64,000 bases of DNA, taken from an uncultured Chloroflexia bacterium. GTDB lineage: Bacteria; Chloroflexota; Limnocylindria; Limnocylindrales; CSP1-4. The stretch spans positions 192,149-256,148 of the forward strand of contig CAWFXA010000003.1 in NCBI GenBank assembly GCA_963819655.1. The letters are read 5' to 3'. Position numbers and translations under genes: made by a program. The notes beneath the pieces were generated by a model. That model was not told where the DNA came from and searched no databases. It saw only the letters and a program-made list of their open reading frames with translations. Position 1 is the stretch's first letter. Each line of letters begins with the position of its first letter. Positions 59,722-64,000 of the stretch are shown piece by piece.

Positions 59722-60975
59722 TCAGCCGGTCCGAGACGTCGGCGGTCGATGCTTCCGCAGGAATGTTGGCAGTTCGAGGTTCTCGTCCTCGATCGGCGCA
59801 CGCCGCTCCACCGCGGGTTGTTCGTCCTTGACGCCCGGACGCGCTGACGGCACCTGAGCGTGCGGCGTGACGCGCTCGGCCTGCCTGCGGAGACGTGCGG
59901 TCAGCGTCGCCGGCGACACCGACTCCGCAGCACGATGGCCGTCGAGGCCCGTGGCGATCAGCGTGATCATGACCTCGCCCTCGGCGACGTCGCCGACGCT
60001 CGCCCCGAAGATCACGTTGGCGCGGCTGTCGGCCGTCGACCTGATCTCGTCGGCCGCCCGCCGGACCTCGCGCAACTTCAAGTCCGCGGGCCCGGACACA
60101 TGGAACAGGATGCCGCGGGCGCCCTGGATGCTGGCCTCGAGGAGCGGGCTCGAGATGGCCTGCCGGGCGGCGTCCACCGCGCGGTCCTCGCCGGTCCCGC
60201 GACCCAGGCCGATCAGCGCCGGCCCCGCGTCGCGCATGATCGCGCGCACATCGGCGAAGTCGAGGTTGATGAGGCCGGGCGCCGTGAGCAGATCGACGAT
60301 GCCCTGGACGGCACGGAGCAGCACGCCATCGACGACGCTGAATGCCTCGAGGGCGGATGCGTCCTCCTGGACGACCTCGCTGACCCGGTCGTTGGAGACC
60401 GTGATCAGGGCGTCCACCTCGGACGCCAGCCGCGCGGACGCCTCGTCGGCGATCTCGCGACGCTGTGCGCCCTCGAAGTCGAAAGGCTTGGTGACGACCG
60501 CGATCGTCAGCGCGCCCTGCTCTCGCGCCTTGGCCGCCACGATCGGGGCGGCGCCCGAGCCGGTGCCCCCACCGAGGCCTGCCGTCACGAACACGAGATC
60601 GGCCGACGCGAGCGCCCTGCCGATCTTCTCGGCATCCTCCTCGGCCGACTTCCGGCCGACGTCCGGATCGCCGCCCGAGCCGAGCCCGTGGGTGATCGCG
60701 TCGCCGATCCTGATGCGAGTCGGCGCGAGGGACTGGCGGAGAGCCTGGGCGTCGGTGTTGCACACGACGAATTCGACGCCGGGGATCCCGGCATCGACCA
60801 TCCGGTCGACGGCGTTGCCGCCGCCCCCGCCGACGCCCACGACGAGGATGCCGCGCGTCTCCGGGTGGCGTCCCCGTCGGAACAAGCCGGGGATCGAGAC
60901 TGCGACGCGGGCGACCACAAGTCCGGCGAGGACGAGGATGACGAGCTGGACGAGGGTCTGGGCCGACTGGTCCAC
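59722..60975 (-). CDS. ftsZ: FtsZ-family tubulin-like GTPase, paralogue located outside a dcw cluster, with predicted N-terminal TM helix if the GTG at 60975 is used
   Basis: Tubulin signature VGVGGGGGNAVDRMV, T7 loop NLDFADVRAIM, C-terminal conserved peptide ENLELPTFLRK. N-terminal 27 residues TLVQLVILVLAGLVVARVAVSIPGLF are hydrophobic. TAGACT hexamer 6 nt upstream of GTG suggests a leaderless transcript. An internal in-frame TTG (LFRRGRHPETRGILVVG) would give a canonical soluble N-terminus. Confidence 0.85.
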   Translation of the reverse strand: MDQSAQTLVQLVILVLAGLVVARVAVSIPGLFRRGRHPETRGILVVGVGGGGGNAVDRMVDAGIPGVEFVVCNTDAQALRQSLAPTRIRIGDAITHGLGSGGDPDVGRKSAEEDAEKIGRALASADLVFVTAGLGGGTGSGAAPIVAAKAREQGALTIAVVTKPFDFEGAQRREIADEASARLASEVDALITVSNDRVSEVVQEDASALEAFSVVDGVLLRAVQGIVDLLTAPGLINLDFADVRAIMRDAGPALIGLGRGTGEDRAVDAARQAISSPLLEASIQGARGILFHVSGPADLKLREVRRAADEIRSTADSRANVIFGASVGDVAEGEVMITLIATGLDGHRAAESVSPATLTARLRRQAERVTPHAQVPSARPGVKDEQPAVERRAPIEDENLELPTFLRKHRPPTSRTG

Positions 60976-61089
60976 GTCCCGAGTCTAGCCACACATCGCA
61001 AGTCCCAAGCACGACAGACGTCCTGCATCGCATGGTCCCTTCGTCGCATTCGATGCCGTCCGGACCCGGCAAGAGCCCGTGCTACACTC

Positions 61090-61340
61090 GCCGCCGTCAC
61101 GGCTGTGACAGGAGAGGAGTAGCGTCGGGACGGCCCCGAGCGAGCGTGGGACGGTGGGAGCCGCGCGGTACGGGCCGACGCGAAAAGTCGCTCCCGAGCC
61201 ATGACGGCTGACGCCCGATACCGCGTCGAGAGGGCACCGGGGATCTGCGCCGCGCGATGAGCGCGTTCGCACCGGGCGCCGAACCAGCAGGTGGTACCAC
61301 GACCCGTTCGTCCGCTGGACGAGCGGGGTTTCTGTTTTCG
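61090..61340 (+). ncRNA. candidate T-box riboswitch leader of valS (valine specifier GUC), terminator/antiterminator type
   Basis: Stem-I-like elements GAGAGGAGUAGCG (61111-61123). Candidate specifier region CGAAAAGUCGC (GUC at 61187-61189). T-box-like core AGGUGGUACCACG at 61289-61301 (consensus GGGUGGNACCGCG, with the UGGU discriminator partner matching tRNA-Val discriminator A). This is immediately followed by a strong intrinsic terminator. Confidence 0.45.
61302..61338 (+). terminator. rho-independent terminator (12-bp stem, GCU loop, U-tract) 20 nt upstream of valS start
   Basis: ACCCGUUCGUCC-gcu-GGACGAGCGGGG followed by UUUCUGUUUU. Confidence 0.6.
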
Positions 61341-61358
61341 AAACCAACGAGGCATGCG

Positions 61359-64000
61359 ATGACCGACACGGCCGAGCCCGAGACGGCCGAGCCAGAGCTC
61401 CCGAAGGCCTATCGACCGGCGGACGTCGAGGGGCCGATCTACGAGCGCTGGCTGGCCGCGGACGTCTTCGCCCCGGACGGCGCCGGCTCGACGGCCGACC
61501 CCGCGCTGCCCCCATTCACGATCATCCAGCCACCGCCCAACGTGACGGGTTCGCTCCACCTGGGCCATGCCCAGCGGACCGCGGTGGAGGACCTCATGAT
61601 CCGGCACGCCCGCATGCGTGGGCATCCGACGCTGTTCCTGCCCGGTCTCGACCACGCCAGCATCGCTGCCCAGTTCGTCCTCGACGGGATCATCGCGAAG
61701 GAGGGCGAGAGCCGGCAGTCCCTGGGCCGCGAGCGCTACCTCGAGCGGATGCGCGAGTTCTCCGAGTCGACCAAGCCGATCATGCTCGGCCAGCAGCGAC
61801 GTGTCGGGGCGTCGGCCGACTGGGGGCGGCTGCGCTACACGATGGACGAGGTGTCGGCGAAGGCCGTCCGTGTCGCATTCGAGCGGCTGTACCGCGACGG
61901 GCTCGCCTACCGGACCGAGGCCATGGTGAATTGGTGCCCGGGCTGTCGGACCAGCGTCAGCGACCTCGAGGTGGTGTCGTCACCTGAGACCGGGACGCTC
62001 TGGTCGATCCGCTATCACCTCATCGACGAGTCGACCGGGGAACCCGATCCGGACGAGACGATCACCGTGGCGACCACGCGTCCCGAGACGATCCTCGGCG
62101 ACGTCGCGGTGGCCGTCCATCCCGAGGACGATCGCTATCGGGCCCTGGTCGGACGCCGCGCCCGGGTCCCGTTCGTCGAGCGCGACGTTCCGATCATCGC
62201 GGACGACGTCGTCGATCCGGCGTTCGGTACCGGCGCGGTGAAGATCACGCCTGCACATGACCCGGACGACTACGCCACCGGCAAGCGTCACGGGCTGCCT
62301 GCGCCGACGATCCTCGCCGACGACGCGACCATCACCAACACGGGCACGCGGTTCGACGGCCTCGATCGCTACGAGGCCCGCCGCCGGATCGTGGCCGAGC
62401 TCGCGGAGAACGGCGATCTCGCCGATGAGCGCCCGCACGAGATGGTCCTCGGCCGCTGCCAGCGCAGCAACGACGTCCTCGAGCCGCGGCTCAAGACGCA
62501 GTGGTTCATCCGCACCGGGCCGCTCGCGGCCCGGGCGCTTGACGCGACCCGGTCCGGGCGCACGCGGATCGTGCCCGAAAGGTTCGAGAAGACCTGGGAA
62601 CACTGGCTGACCAACATCCGTGACTGGAACGTGTCGCGCCAGCTGTGGTGGGGCCACCGCATCCCTGCCTGGTATTGCCCGGACGGCCACGTCACGGTCT
62701 CGTCCGATCCAGGTGGCCCGACCGCATGCGAGGTCTGCGGGCGCCCGGCCCCGGAGCTCCAGCAGGACCCGGACATCTTCGACACGTGGTTCAGCTCCGG
62801 CCTGTGGCCGTTCTCGACCCTGGGCTGGCCGGACGACACGCCGGACTACCGGACCTACTACCCGACATCGGTCATGGAGACGGGCTACGACATCATCTTC
62901 TTCTGGGTCGCCCGGATGATGATGCTCGGCCTGCATCTGACCGACCGGGAGCCCTTCCACACGATCTACCTCTCGGGCCTGATCCGCGACCCGGAAGGCC
63001 AGAAGATGTCGAAGACGAAGGGCAACGTCGTCGACCCGCTCGGGGTCATCGACGAGACCGGTGCCGATGCCCTCCGCTTCGCCGTCATCCATGGCACGGC
63101 GCCCGGACAGGATCAGCGGTTCGGCCGCACCAAGCTCGAGAACGCGCGCAACTTCGCCAACAAGCTGTGGAACGCGACACGCTTCGTCATCGGCGCCCGT
63201 CCGGACACCATCCCGTCGGGGGCCGAGCGGCGGCTGCCGTCTGAAGCCGACCTGGGGCCCGCCGAGCGCTGGATCCTGTCACGCGCCAGTGCGACGGTCG
63301 AGGCCGTCGACGCCGCCATGGCCGATCACGCCTTCGGCGAGGTCACGCGGCTCCTGTACGACGCGATCTGGAATGAGTTCTGCGACTGGGGCGTGGAGCT
63401 CGCGAAGGTCCGCCTCGCCGACGAGTCTTCGACAGCCGCGGAGCGCGAGGCGACCTGGTGGGCGCTGGTCGAGGCGCTCGACACATACCTGCGGCTGCTC
63501 CACCCGGTCATGCCGTTCGTGACGGAGACACTGTGGGGGTCGATCCCGCACCGCGCCAGCGACCCGGAGCTGCTGATCGTCGCGCGCTGGCCGGCGCCGA
63601 CCGGTCGCGACGAGCGGCTCGAGCGGGAGGTCGACTCGATCCTGGAACTCGTCCGTGGCCTGCGGAATGCGCGCGCCGAGGCGCAGGTGGAGGCCGGGAC
63701 ATGGCTCGCGACCGAGGTCGTCGTGCCTCAAGCCCTCGGCGCGACGTTCGAGGCGCTGCGCCCCGCGATCGAGCGACTCGCGCGCGCCCGGCCGCTCGAG
63801 CGGCGACTGACGCGCGAGGCGCTCGGGGAGGGGAGGGCATCGACGGACGGTGCCCTGACGGTCATCGCGGGCGAGCTCGAGGCGCTCGCCCACCGCCCGG
63901 AGACCGCGTCCGACCCCGCGGCCCGCGATCTGGAGCGGGCACGGCTCCAGCGAGAGCTCGACGACGCGCGCGGATGGCTGGAAGCGGCGCGGGCGCGCCT
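61359..64000 (+). CDS. valS: valine--tRNA ligase (3' end outside window)
   Basis: HIGH motif SLHLGHA, KMSKS motif KMSKTKGNV, editing and tRNA-binding domains. CGAGG RBS before ATG at 61359. Open to the end of the window. Confidence 0.9.
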   Translation, partial: MTDTAEPETAEPELPKAYRPADVEGPIYERWLAADVFAPDGAGSTADPALPPFTIIQPPPNVTGSLHLGHAQRTAVEDLMIRHARMRGHPTLFLPGLDHASIAAQFVLDGIIAKEGESRQSLGRERYLERMREFSESTKPIMLGQQRRVGASADWGRLRYTMDEVSAKAVRVAFERLYRDGLAYRTEAMVNWCPGCRTSVSDLEVVSSPETGTLWSIRYHLIDESTGEPDPDETITVATTRPETILGDVAVAVHPEDDRYRALVGRRARVPFVERDVPIIADDVVDPAFGTGAVKITPAHDPDDYATGKRHGLPAPTILADDATITNTGTRFDGLDRYEARRRIVAELAENGDLADERPHEMVLGRCQRSNDVLEPRLKTQWFIRTGPLAARALDATRSGRTRIVPERFEKTWEHWLTNIRDWNVSRQLWWGHRIPAWYCPDGHVTVSSDPGGPTACEVCGRPAPELQQDPDIFDTWFSSGLWPFSTLGWPDDTPDYRTYYPTSVMETGYDIIFFWVARMMMLGLHLTDREPFHTIYLSGLIRDPEGQKMSKTKGNVVDPLGVIDETGADALRFAVIHGTAPGQDQRFGRTKLENARNFANKLWNATRFVIGARPDTIPSGAERRLPSEADLGPAERWILSRASATVEAVDAAMADHAFGEVTRLLYDAIWNEFCDWGVELAKVRLADESSTAAEREATWWALVEALDTYLRLLHPVMPFVTETLWGSIPHRASDPELLIVARWPAPTGRDERLEREVDSILELVRGLRNARAEAQVEAGTWLATEVVVPQALGATFEALRPAIERLARARPLERRLTREALGEGRASTDGALTVIAGELEALAHRPETASDPAARDLERARLQRELDDARGWLEAARAR

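Overview
This 64-kb window has about 70% GC with strong GC3 codon bias, TAGACT-type -10 hexamers and a leaderless start, consistent with an Actinomycetota-like genome. It is densely coding.

Main contents, in order:
- 1-4818: a divergent pair of dynamin-like GTPase (DLP) genes flanking an unusual Hsp70 gene. This Hsp70 has only the nucleotide-binding domain, fused to a TM helix, a Pro/Thr-rich linker and a small extracytoplasmic domain.
- 4870-10541: MoxR AAA+ (CoxD-like), a glycogen-debranching-enzyme-like protein, VWA (CoxE-like) and XdhC (CoxF-like) maturation genes.
- 11205-12651: a MocA-like molybdopterin cytidylyltransferase fused to a SAM methyltransferase.
- 12681-15096: small YdeI, DUF1801 and DHFR-like genes, plus a lower-GC islet carrying a SUKH/SMI1-like orphan.
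- 15560-21898: an ArsR-SRPBCC regulator with a perfect 20-bp palindromic operator, then a form I aerobic CO dehydrogenase operon coxMSL (AYRCSFR active-site loop), an XdhC-YHS fusion and coxG.
- 22073-28349: housekeeping and transporter genes including rsgA, an ABC-2 exporter and GNATs.
- 28607-33481: an uncharacterised three-gene ATPase/ChlI-like/VWA module flanked and interrupted by two different 13-bp N3-centred palindrome families.
- 35722-47329: an amine uptake and catabolism cluster (APC permease, choline/ethanolamine-type kinase, DMGDH-like flavoprotein-aminomethyltransferase, IMPase, class III aminotransferase, PotABCD).
- 47711-53954: mrp/apbC, an adenylyl-cyclase-AAA signalling protein, an MBL-fold hydrolase, a Crp regulator and cinA.
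- 54147-59284: a holin-X/DUF3618 pair, tRNA-Leu(UAG), and tig-clpP-clpX.
- 59722-60975: an FtsZ paralogue on the opposite strand that appears to have an N-terminal TM helix and a leaderless start.
- 61090-64000: a T-box-like leader with a strong intrinsic terminator in front of valS, which runs off the window end.

At least nine genes show apparent +1 frame breaks (single-base or 4-bp insertions, mostly in G/C runs, two as CTAG), which suggests insertion-type assembly errors or deliberate disruption.

The best candidates for undescribed biology are the Hsp70(NBD)-TM protein with its two DLPs, the ATPase/ChlI-like/VWA module with its palindromic operator arrays, and the TM-anchored FtsZ paralogue.
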